Shown: positions 1 to 11,308 of the stretch, in pieces | How positions within the stretch are numbered: the stretch's first letter is position 1 | Layout: every line of letters begins with the position of its first letter | Assembly (NCBI RefSeq): GCF_006345805.1 | Contig: NC_043006.1 | Location: forward strand, 33,976,001 to 34,040,000 | Direction: 5' to 3' | Origin: Octopus sinensis | Lineage: Eukaryota | Length of the DNA stretch: 64,000 bases | Notes under the pieces: generated by a model | Told to the model about the DNA's origin: nothing | Databases searched by the model: none | Seen by the model: the letters and a program-made list of their open reading frames with translations, nothing else | Program-made: the position numbers and the translations under genes

Positions 1-259
1 AGACAACATGAACCGATACGTTTTTATTGTATATTTTTGACTTTTTAAACCTCTCATTTTGCCAACGTTTAATGATTGTTATTTCTGACATGTGTCATGA
101 TGTACAGTTTCGATGCGTTGTGATCGACTTATCTTCTCTGTTAGTAAATACAAGTATCTCTCTGTTACAGTTCATCAATTATAACATTTTACAACGCTCG
201 TACCTTTTTTTTTTTTTTTACATAATTCAACAACAAACACCATAGAACTCACTACGTGT

Positions 260-630
260 ATACAAACGTACATACATACATACATACATACCTCAGTGTG
301 TGTACATATGTATGTATGTTTGTGTGTATGTATAAGCAAATATGTGTGTTCGTATATATATATATATATATATATACGAACACACATATTTGCTTATACA
401 CATATGTGTGTGTGTTTATACATGCATGAATATATATATATGTGTGAGTATGTATGTATTTATGTATACAACAAAAACTATATATATGTGTGTATGTGAG
501 TGAGTGTATTTATACATACACGAATACATACATGCATTCATATATATATATATAATGCATGTATGTATAAATACACACACTCACATACACACACATATAT
601 AGTTTTGTGCGTATACATATATACATACAT

Positions 631-691
<61 letters not shown>

Positions 692-781
692 TGCATGTAT
701 AAACACACACACACACACACACACATACATACATACATACATACATACATACATACATACATACATACATACATACATACA

Positions 782-813
<32 letters not shown>

Positions 814-830
814 CACACACACACGCGCAT
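260..830. repeat. Compound microsatellite (CATA)n/(TA)n/(CA)n/(TG)n
   Basis: Direct inspection; explains the low-complexity ORFs in the track. Confidence 0.95.
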
Positions 831-1253
831 CATAAAATATTCACGTAAGAACCAACTTGCGTTAGAAAAGAAAGGACGGTTCACTGGCTGGACTTGAGCC
901 ACGTATTTATCGATTACCAGGCAGCTGTGTTACCGATTACTGCCACAGCCATTCCATCGATCTCAAATAATGTACTTGAATTTATTTTCTACTTGTTCAT
1001 TTTGCTTTGTTTTCTTATATTTTATTTTATTTTATTTTATTTTCATCCCTGCAAGATAATTAGCATAACGGGACATATGCAACGCCACCTATAAATATTA
1101 TATATTCTTGTCTCCGCTACAGTAAGGCGCCCCACTTCGATTCGATGTTTGCTGTGAAAAATAACCCCATAAAACAAATTATGAATTTATGAATGAACAT
1201 GTGTATGTGTGTGAGAGAGAGAGAGAGAGAGAGGGGTGGGTGGGTAAAGAGAG

Positions 1254-1480
1254 AAGGCGAGTGGCTTAGTGGCTAAAGAATTCGTCTCACAGTCGTAAGG
1301 TCGGGAGTTCGATTCCCGGTGGTGCGTGCTGTCCTTGAGCAAGATACTTTATTTCACGTTGCTCCAGTCCACACAGCTGGCAAAAAATGAGTTGTACTTG
1401 TAATTCTCAAGGATCAGCCTTGTCACAATCTGTGTCACGCTGAACCTCCCTGAGACCAATGTCAAGGGTACGCATGTCAG
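1254..1480 (+). mobile_element. tRNA-derived SINE with Meta/CORE-like central motif
   Basis: A-box TGGCTTAGTGG, B-box GAGTTCGATTCCC, then GTCCTTGAGCAAGATACTT and GCTCCAGTCCAC. Confidence 0.75.
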
Positions 1481-1595
1481 CTTCTTGCACGTTAATTTCA
1501 CGAGGAGGCTGTTCCGTTGAACAAGTTTAATTCGCTTCGTCGAAACCGACGGAGAGCTTGCGCTCGTGTGTGGTGTGTATTGAAAGATAAATGTG

Positions 1596-3120
1596 CAGGG
1601 TATCCCCCCAAAACGTATACAGACTTTAACAGCTGACAACTCACTAAATTTTCATCCTTTTTAAAAAAAAGATTTAACCCATTGAAAATAATGAGGGAAG
1701 ACAAACTAAGCTTTGAACAATGAAAATTCAGAATAAAGTGCAACTGGAATTTTGAAACACAATCAAAATGTCAAGACAATTTAGGATGCGTTTCGAACAG
1801 ATCCATCAACACGACATACCCTTAGCCGAATTAGAGATAAGTTTGAAGTAGATGGAATTGTTCCGAATATTCGCAAGGAATATTCCATAAGACAGCGGGT
1901 TTTGCTGAGCCCATAAAAAGTAAGAATGGCTAATAGAAACGTATTGCCAGCGCGTTGTGAGATGCGAATTTCAAAATCAAGCGCCCGTCGCATTTTCAAG
2001 CGCTGTCATTGAAAAGTTACATTCCAAGAATAGTCCTTGATCTTAATGATGATCATCCGGACCGAAGAGTGGAGTTTTGCGAGTTGTACTTGGCAAGATA
2101 TGTAGAAAATGTAGATCTTTTCGGTTTGAACGACAGTTTTTTCTAGCGGTGTCATATGAAATTGTCACCCATAATTATGACCCTAGTATCGATCTATTGC
2201 ATTTCAATCTGTTTTAGGGGTGGGGGTAAAAGTATCTTTTTTCTTCAGAAATGTAAATAAACCCAATCTGTTTCTTAAACGAGGAACATATTCATACAGC
2301 ACAGAATGTTTTTACCTCAATAGACGGTCATTGATTAGTTGAAATTGCAGAAATTGAAGAAAAAACAACAAATATCTTACAAACTACAGAATTTTCTCAA
2401 TAAAGCCAAGAGAAAAAGATGTTTTATAAACACATTCTACCAGTATACGAAGTTTAAAATTTTTTAGTTACCTAGAAATTATGTTAAAAACTGCCGTTCA
2501 AACCGAAAAGATCCGAAGATGCACTCTTTCCAGCGCGGATCCTTTGGAGTGATGAGGCAACATTTAAATGGCTCGTTTAACTGTCACAGTTGCATCTACT
2601 CAGGATCTATGAATATGCATATTACGAAGGAATATCATGTTCATTTACCAGGAGTTACAGTAGGGTCCGGTTTATCATGAAACGGATTAAATGGACCTTT
2701 TTTTTTTACGGTATTGTGACTGGTCTCATTTACTTGAACTTGCTGCAACAATCTGTCATGCCAAACATTTAAGAGGACTTTGAAGAAACAGAATTTTATT
2801 TCCTGCAAGATGGTATCCCCACCACCACCACCACCACGTTACCATAGTAATGTAAGGACCTACCTTGATGTGATTTTTTCATACAGGGGAATTAGACGAA
2901 GAGATTTAGTAGAATACCCTCTGCGTTCACCGAACCTACTACCACCAAACTTTTTTTTATGCGGATGCTTATGGTACAAAACCGGCAACACACGACAAAT
3001 TAAGGGCAGCCATTGAACGTTACAAAGAACCAGAATGGTCGTTAGTTTGAAAACAGGCATTCATAAAACAATGAAATTCTTTCTGTAGATTCTATTAAAT
3101 TTTGAAAATGAAATGCATTG
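1596..3120 (+). mobile_element. Degenerate Tc1/mariner transposon, probably DD41D (rosa-like)
   Basis: TIR-like CAGGGTATCCCCCCAAAACGTATAC; broken transposase from ATG 1691 with DPDRRVEFCE-like, ILWSDEATF (2539), QDG (D at 2809) and SPNLLPPNFFLCG (for SPDLTPxDFFLWG). Spacing between the 2nd and 3rd D reconstructs to 41 if a CCA expansion is removed. Confidence 0.85.
2114..2513. mobile_element. About 400-bp MITE inserted in the mariner transposase
   Basis: TIRs GATCTTTTCGGTTTGAACGACAGTTTT and AAAAACTGCCGTTCAAACCGAAAAGATC; host reading frame resumes after it; related copy at 57985-58176. Confidence 0.85.
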
Positions 3121-3435
3121 TGTGTGTGTGTGTGTGTGTGTAAACTAACAGTGAAACATGCGATAGATTTGTAAACAAAGTTACTATCATGTTTGATAAA
3201 CATAAAAATGACCCTTTGGTTTTACCAAGGGACTCCAAATAACAAAGGAGTGGATGGGAAAACTAGAGACGACTAATCGATGACTTTCAGCTGTTAGAGC
3301 CCCACTTAATTAATGTGCGTTACCATCTTTGCACCGCTGTATAATTAAAGTCTAGCCTTACTTGATCCCGTTTACATTTTTAAAAAAATAATCATGTTCC
3401 CTTGTTCTTTCAACAACCAGTGGGGAAAAATAATT

Positions 3436-3487
3436 GAATCCTGACGAAGGTTTTAACGCAAGCTGAAACTAATAAATTGGTCGACTC
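3436..3487 (+). ncRNA. Candidate type I hammerhead ribozyme (monomeric fold)
   Basis: CTGACGA 3441-3447; extra A; stem II GGTTT/AAGCT; GAAA 3465-3468; stem III ACTAA/TTGGT; GTC site ending 3482; stem I GAATC/GACTC with 1 mismatch. Confidence 0.6.
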
Positions 3488-3793
3488 CATCTCCTTCACT
3501 TTCCCTACGGAAACTCCGAAAGATTAGCCATGCTGTCTATTTTGACGTCTAGACTAAAATGGCTTATTAAACATGATTGAAACTTTGTTTAAAATTGTGT
3601 TTGTGTTTTATGTAAAAACAGACATAAAGGCAATCAAATATTTACTGAAAGACCATTTGATGCATTTAAGTAAATTATTGATTTTATTTTTAACAATGGA
3701 AAGGTCAGCTTATCATCAACCATTCCCCCCACACACATACATACATACATACATACATACATACATACATACATACATACATACATACATACA

Positions 3794-4107
3794 TAGTGGT
3801 GGACTGGCCAGGTTGCCAGCTTGCCAGCTTGCCCGATGGCAAGTGGGCCCCTGCGCTATTAGAATCCATATATGGGGGCCCGTGTTAGTATTTAAGGGGC
3901 CCATCTCCTCGAGTTTGAGAATTTTTTAATTCACTCTTGGAAGAATACATTAATTATTTCAGCCTGGCTGTGTTTGTAGACAGTTGAAAAGAATACTTTT
4001 AACAAAAAATAAAACAAAATAAAATAAAATAAATGATAGCATTGTAGTTGCGGGTGAGCCCCCTTAGTCTCCTGGCAACCAATATTTTGAGACCCAGTCC
4101 GCCACTG
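3794..4107. mobile_element. hAT-like MITE embedded in a (CATA)n array
   Basis: TIRs TAGTGGTGGACTGG and CCAGTCCGCCACTG; (CATA)n on both flanks. Confidence 0.7.
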
Positions 4108-4157
4108 TATACATACATACATACATACATACATACATACATACATACATACATACA

Positions 4158-4191
<34 letters not shown>

Positions 4192-5543
4192 CGTTTGGCT
4201 TTTGTCAAAGTAGTGCTTATTTATTTCTTGCTAATCAGATTCTCGTTACGTACGCTCCCTTTTGTCGCTAGAAAGGTTGAAAATGGCATGGAACTCAGAT
4301 GAGAGGATCGTATAGAAAACATGGATGTGGAAATATAACAACAATTTTCTGCATACTACAAGAAGTGTAGATCTCTTCCGACCTGGTGGTGTTATAATTA
4401 AATAGATAGTTAAATAGCACCAGTTATTTCAATGGTTGGTGAAGTATGGAGCTGGATAAGACAGCAATGCATTCAAAGGAAATAAAACGTTCAAACCATG
4501 ATTTAAATGAAACTAGATTTGCATAATTTTTCTGTAGAAAATGTAAATACATAATTTCGTTTTCGTAAAATGAAATGATTATATCGATGTTGAAGAAATA
4601 GCGTTATAAATGTAATTTTGAATTAAAGTTTCTTTTGAGTGGCATGTGTGGCGAGAGTGGATAATGTGATTTAGATTAACGGAAAAGAAAATAGCATATG
4701 CGGAACAAGAACTCCAGGGAATTGTGGATACAGTGAATTGATCTCTTGTTCAGCTTAAATGCATCTTTATTATAGAAGTCCGGTTACAATAAGATTTCTT
4801 TACGAGAGACAAATAGATTTTGTTGGTTCCAGTGATATTGACCTGTCAAGGAAAAGAATAGCGACACTTCGCTACCATCGTTTCAAAGCCAAGTTCTTTT
4901 GTGTTCCACTTGATATAACCAATACTGCTGTCTGAATACCGTTTTCTCATTGGTCAGTAAATCCAGACCCATCTTTTTTTTTTACTCTCGCTATTAGTAG
5001 TACTAACTAATATTTGTGGATCTTTTTCTGATGTTCCTATGACAACTGTTTCGTTGATGCTTTGTTCTCCTATCTGCATACGTGTTAGAAGTTCAACAGA
5101 TAGCGTTATTATATCACGGTATAATGAAAACAGTCATAGCAATAGCAGACACTCGTGCCATACTCCTCGCTTAATATTCTTATTTTATTTCATTTCATTT
5201 CTAGTTCTGATTACAACTGTTGTCAAAATCTGGTTTACGTAGTGGAGGTAGTATTAAGTTAAAATAGCCATCTATGCATCATACTTAATGCATAAACATT
5301 GTCGATAGACCTGGTACTGCGATATTCGTCCCGAGATAACATCTCTTATGGATGTTGCTGTGCTAAATACATAAAAATTATCAGAACACTACACCTGATT
5401 TTCTCCCCTCCATACACACACAAGCATGTATCTGACTCATACACTGTTCACTTTCCAGACATTTGTACATTACTGCATATGCTTTATACGCACTTTTGAC
5501 AAGTTGTGGTGCTCCTGAGTACTGTATACAATAATCTCATTAC

Positions 5544-5585
<42 letters not shown>

Positions 5586-6439
5586 AAATTTGTCCCAGCA
5601 ACGACTAGAGTGAACGCCGGGTGCATTTCAGCCTTTTGAGCATTTTCAATGTCGCGTACACGCAACCAGCCAAATGACTGATATTTATTGTGTCACCTCT
5701 GGACAAACATTGCAGTAAATGGCCTATCAAGGATGCACACATTAAGCATGACATAATTGCCAATTCAAAATTTTAATTATTCGTAAGCACCACCCTTAAT
5801 CCCGATTTCTATATTCTAACATTGTACTCGAGCAATAAATGCCAGTTGTTGTTTAAGCTCACATTGGCCCAAGCTTAGGAAACCTTCGCCGATGACCAAC
5901 TCATCTTTTTTCTGGTATAATGTACCAAAACTACAACACCAGTACTCTTTTTTTTCAAGGTGATAGAGAGTGGTTTAAGAGAGATTTGGCTACTGTTTCA
6001 AGCAGGTTGAACGGGAAAATCGATGCTCGGCTCCGTAGAATATTTATTTATTGACTGCAAACCACAACATACATCGGTCAAAATTGGATCCCTAGACCCG
6101 TGAGGCTCCTGGACAACTGCCCAATACGCTCGTGCCTTAAGACGACATTGGCTACCAGTCTGTGAGATGCTGAAAAAAGGGTAATGGTCACTGCCTCTCC
6201 TCTCCTGACTAAACCATCAAAAGAGTAAAGATAGATAAAAACAAAACAACATGATTTCATCGAATATTTCAAACTCTGGAGACGAAGCCAGTCAGAGAGC
6301 CTCAAAGCGATTGCTTCACATGCAAGAAATAACACCCAAACCTCCCTCAAATCAATTCCTTCTATTGTTAAGAAAAAATAAAGGGTACATTAGATATTGT
6401 AATTCCATATACACAGGGCCTCCGAGAAAAATTTAGTAA

Positions 6440-6562
6440 AACAGACAGACAGGCATACAGACAGACTGATAGATAGATATATAGATAGATAGAGAGATAA
6501 ACAGATAGATAGATATATAAACAGATAGAAAGACAGATAGATATATAGACAAAGAGGCAGAC

Positions 6563-6625
<63 letters not shown>

Positions 6626-6630
6626 CAGAT
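6440..6630. repeat. (AGAT)n/(AGAC)n microsatellite
   Basis: Direct inspection. Confidence 0.95.
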
Positions 6631-7517
6631 TGGGTGGGTGGGTAGACAGATGGCGAGAGCAGGAGAGGGAGAGAGGGAGTATGATATATCAGCCATTGCA
6701 GGGCAGAAATGCCGAGATGGTCAAGTTATTTACTGATAATTAACAAAACAATATTAATGGCTTCTAACAAATCGAGAAAGCCACACGTTTACAGAGGAGA
6801 GAACAATCAACTCCATCGATTCCAGTGTTTAAATGATACTTATTTTACCGATCCAGGAAGAATGAAAGGTCAAGTCTTCAAAAATAATAATTTAGCCCTC
6901 TGATATCTACAAACATTTAAGCCAATGCAAAAGTGGTAGAGCTTCGAATAAAATGTTTTCTAAGGTTTTGTTACGTTTTCTTTACTTTCTCAGTTCAAAC
7001 CCCACCGATTCTGATTTTTCTGTTCATCCCTCTATGATCAGAAGAATCGATAATAAATTGTAGTCATAGTATGGCCTTGTTTTGTGTTAGATTGTGTTTC
7101 TAGTCAAGAGTTCTTTTGTTAACCTAGTAAACACAATTTTATATATATATATAGCAATAAGAAAATGGAGGGATCATGAGGTGGTATTCATCAACTTTTA
7201 GACATTATATTATGTCTATTTATTTATTTTTTAAAAAGACAATTATAACAATATACATACATGTATAACATATGCTTTACATATATAAAATATAAAGTAC
7301 AAAAATACCAGTAATTATTAAAATATTTAACGAAGAGCATAGAAAGTAGATATTATCCAACTTTCTAAGCTCTACGTTATACATATAATTCACGCACATT
7401 TTTCTCCCTCCATTTTTTTCTCCACCTTTCTCTTGATATCTTCCAGTTTTCCTGAGCGTCAAACTGATATACTTCGTTTGTTGTTACCTGTCTCTGTATA
7501 TTGTTTTGGTATAATTT

Positions 7518-7522
<5 letters not shown>

Positions 7523-7583
<61 letters not shown>

Positions 7584-7864
7584 AAAGTAAGATAGGGGTT
7601 ATGGGTGTAACCCACTATGGGATATCATTTTGACCATAGGCTGAAACAGCCGTAAGAAGTAATTTCTGGATTTCAATAATTTATAATATGACTTTTAAAA
7701 TCTGTATTTGTATTATTATCTTATCTATTGATTTATATAATATTTTGTATGCTTTTGATGTCCTCATTTGTAAAATGAATAAATAATCTAACATTATAAT
7801 ATCCGTAAGTTGATGAACAAACTAAATTTGTTTCTCCATTTTCTTATTTGTATTATATATATAC

Positions 7865-7955
<91 letters not shown>
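7523..7955. repeat. (TA)n tract 7523-7578 and (TG)n(AG)n tract 7874-7955
   Basis: Direct inspection. Confidence 0.95.
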
Positions 7956-7961
<6 letters not shown>

Positions 7962-8399
7962 ATATGATGACACACTTCTCGATACACAGACACACACACA
8001 TATATATTGAGAAGTGTGTCATATTTCTTTATAAAAAGAACAAAAGTATTAGATAAATGAAAGTAAATCGATGGGACCCCTAATGTACAGTAGTGTCAAG
8101 ACCGCATTTAACAACGACAAAGTGATGGCTACTAAAATCGGCCCAGTTATTGAATTATGATGTATCTATGTACACATTATATTGATGTAGGCGTAATAAT
8201 TAAACAGGTTTTTGTTGTAACTGATGAGAAGCTTGTAACCGTCTTATACAGAGAGTTTTGTATAAAATAAACAATTTGAAAGACCACATTCGGAATAGTC
8301 TTGTACCTCAGCCATTGGTACAATAGCTTATACATAACAAGTCTGCTTGTCTGCCCTCCCTCTCTCATACACACACACATATATATAAATGTGTGTGTA

Positions 8400-8790
8400 T
8401 GTAAGGGTTGAACAATTACATCATTTTTCAACATAGTCTCTTTGCTTTTTGATACACTTCTTCTAGCGGTCCACAGGTTTGTTTATTTCATCTGAGGAGA
8501 AGGTTTTCGACTTGTACAGCCATTTATGGACCACTTCCTGCGCTTCTTAGTCCTCAGCAAATCGACCACCTCGTAAAGGATGTTTGAGCGGTCCAAAGAT
8601 GTGACAGGGCCAGATCAGGATCTGTTTGCAGACTGTTCTAGCAACTGGAAACCCAATTTCTTAATGGTTTCAACGGTGCAAACGACCGTATGTGAGCGTG
8701 CATTGCTGTGCAACAATCACACTTGCTTTGACAATAGACTCCGGCGTATGGTGCAAATTTCTGGTTCCAGTTAACAACGACAAAATTTTG
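8400..8790 (-). mobile_element. Mariner (DD34D-type) transposase C-terminal remnant
   Basis: Minus-strand translation gives LLHSNARSHT..TVETIKKLGF, HIFGPLK..LRGGRF and KCIKK.RDYVEK*, matching mariner motifs. Confidence 0.85.
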
Positions 8791-8884
8791 TTTAGAACAT
8801 CTTCAACCTACCGTCTCTAATATTATAAATAGTTTCTTCTTAATAGTAGCTTAATATCTTTATAAAGAGAGATTATCATCCTGC

Positions 8885-8985
8885 TTCCAGTGTTGCTGCC
8901 AGGATTTGAAAATATATATATACAGCGTATTTAGAGAGAATAGTTACAGGAAATGAGACTTGGGTCCATCACTTTGAGCCAAATT
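8885..8985 (+). mobile_element. Mariner fragment (first catalytic D region), opposite orientation to 8400-8790
   Basis: RIVTGNETWVHHFEP resembles VTGDETWVHHYEP. Confidence 0.65.
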
Positions 8986-8989
8986 TTAA

Positions 8990-9340
8990 AAACGATATTA
9001 AAATACGAAATAAGAATATAACGTATTGTCAATTCAAAAGTTTTGTAACTCGCTTAAAATCTAGGTATATAAAAATAAATCCATTTAGAAGTATAACATC
9101 CAGGGGTTCACATCCGACGGCCGTTTCTGAGGGAACAACTGTGCAAAATTAACTTAAGTTCACTCAATACCACCGTCTCCTTCGTTAAGGATCATTCAAT
9201 TTGTACGATTACATTTATTTTGGGTAATGGGCGATCCGTTTCTGACAATCTTTATAAAGATATTAAGCTACTATTAAGAAAAAACTATTTATAATATTAG
9301 AGATAGAACAAAATTTTGTATTTCATAGTTATTGGACACA
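8990..9340 (-). repeat. Inverted copy of the Penelope-like 3' terminal repeat (pLTR-like)
   Basis: Reverse complement matches 9650-9710 joined to 14923-15112; a further direct partial copy lies at 8779-8875. Confidence 0.7.
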
Positions 9341-9643
9341 TTTGAATGTCGGGCACATTTGAATTCTTTTATTAACATTAGAACCAGATTTTCTACTTCT
9401 TTAGCTACACATCTCCACAATTTTAAAATGCAGAACATACAGTATGAATTATCCTGGTCAATAGTAACAGAAACCTCCCCTTATAATTCATACACACGTA
9501 AATGTAATTTTTGTATTAGGGAATCCCTGACTATTCTGCATACGTATAACTCCCTAATGTTGAATAGGTTTTCGGACGCCATTGTTTCTGGTAGACGTAG
9601 GTACTATTCGATCCTTAAACATCTAGTTAACTCCACACAATAA
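9332..9643 (+). pseudogene. Penelope-like element GIY-YIG endonuclease C-terminal remnant
   Basis: STSLATHLHNFKMQNIQYELSWSIV..TSPYNSYTRKCNFCIRESL..LN resembles the PLE pattern T.LS..IW.LK....Y..KW.I....PYN....CNLC..EK. Confidence 0.7.
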
Positions 9644-9977
9644 AATAATAATTCCAATAGATATGAAATACAAAATTTGGGTTGGACCATCTTCAACTTA
9701 CCATCTCTAAGGGTGAACGATGAATAAGTATATTCATCGATACTCAAAAACTGAACTTTCACCAACGTCATAGTGTATAGTGAGTTATTATATTTTTGCC
9801 TTGTGTATATTTTCTCCGTTGTGAACTACTGTGTGTCTAGCTGTCTTTCTGTATTGTTGTACAACTATTGAAGTCGGCCTTCGTGCGAGGGCTTCGTGTT
9901 GGTGTTCCCCCCTCCGTGGGGGAAAAACTATCATTATCTTGGTTGTGCCAAGGGCTTGTTAAAGCCAGTTATCGGAG

Positions 9978-11300
9978 ATGGAATCCCCCATCTCTTATTC
10001 ACCTGTGACTAGTGATGCAGGATCACCGGCGGTGTCGCCAAAGAAAAAAGAGGCGGGGTCGCCAAAGAAAAAAGATATTCCAGAACCAGCGAAAAAATTT
10101 TCGGAAGTAGCTGGCAAGAAAATTTAAAAAATTAATGTGGAAAACCTAAAGAAACATGCAGACTGTGTGTCAAAAGAGGGCACGGAAGTAACCGTGGCTT
10201 CAAACGCCCAAAAACAGGAGGAAATTACAAATAGAAGAATAATTTATAAGACCTTCAATACAACAAGCAGATCAATACAAAAAATAGAGGAGAAAAAAAT
10301 CGAAAATTGCTTAAAGCCGATAATGGATAAAATCACATATATCAATCGAGGGAAGAAATACGGCACAGTGGAGGTGAGATTCACAACAGAGGAGGTAGCT
10401 AAGAAGCTATCCATGGAACCAATAAAAGCGGAGGATATTGTTCTCCTACCCCTGTATAAAGGCAAAAGAACATCAAAGATCACAATGAATGATATTCCGC
10501 CAGAAGCGGATGCCGAAGTTCTGGTGGCAGCAGTTATGGTAGGCCTGGAGGAAAAAATAAACTTCCTCCAGGCCACTGTAGAGGAGGAAGAATTCTGGAA
10601 AGGGCAACGGATAATAATAGCCATCCAGGCAGAAATACAAACCCTGGAGGAGATTCCAGAGACTCTAAAGATAAGCGAAGAAGATAGAGTCAGAGTCTTC
10701 GTAGAGGGCAGAAAGCCGAGGTGCTTCGGCTGCGGTAAGAAAGGGCATGTAAGGGCAGAATGCCAACCCCAACCCAAACCGCAGGAAGCAGCTCAGCCAA
10801 GCGGAAAAGCAGAAGAGGTGTCATCAGAAACAGCGCTGGTCGGCCCAGGAGGGACGGCTGAAGGTGTGGAGGTGACAGAGGCAGCGGAACCAACGGCGGA
10901 GGAAAAAAAGAGCGAGGAAACGAAAAAGGAGGAGGGGTGGTCAAAAATCACTAGAAAAAAAAGAAAAACTGAAACCACCCCTCCCAAAGTAAACCAAAAG
11001 AAAAAAAGAGAGTCGTTGAACTCATTTATGGCCGTTAAGGCCACGAACAATAGACTCGGTAATGTGTTGGCAGCGATGGCCAAAGTAGAAAAAATAGGGA
11101 GGAAAAATGACTATGTATTGTACAGAATAGGCCGGAAGGATTACGGACGGATAAAGTCCGAATTTTTTCATGACGTAGGCCCGCTCAGAATGGATATAAC
11201 ATCTCCATATATATTCGAGGGCCTGCGTCAGACTCCCCCACGAGGCCCAGAAAAAGAGACAAACAAAGAAGAAAAGGAAAAAACCGAACCACTGATATAA
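9978..11300 (+). pseudogene. LINE ORF1 (nucleic-acid-binding, zinc knuckle); one premature stop at 10125-10127
   Basis: ATG 9978 is in frame with the track ORF at 10137 (MESPISYSP...KKFSEVAGKKI*KINVENL); CCHC knuckle CFGCGKKGHVRAEC. Confidence 0.88.
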
Positions 11301-11308
11301 GGTAAGTA

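Noticed and set aside
1254-1325. tRNA genes (this and other A/B-box heads)
   Set aside because: Cloverleaf incomplete and each runs directly into a SINE body
9711-9780. HDV-like ribozyme at the LINE 5' end (GGTGAA/TTCACC pairing)
   Set aside because: No GG after the P1 3' strand, no L3 or J4/2 consensus; a simple stem-loop
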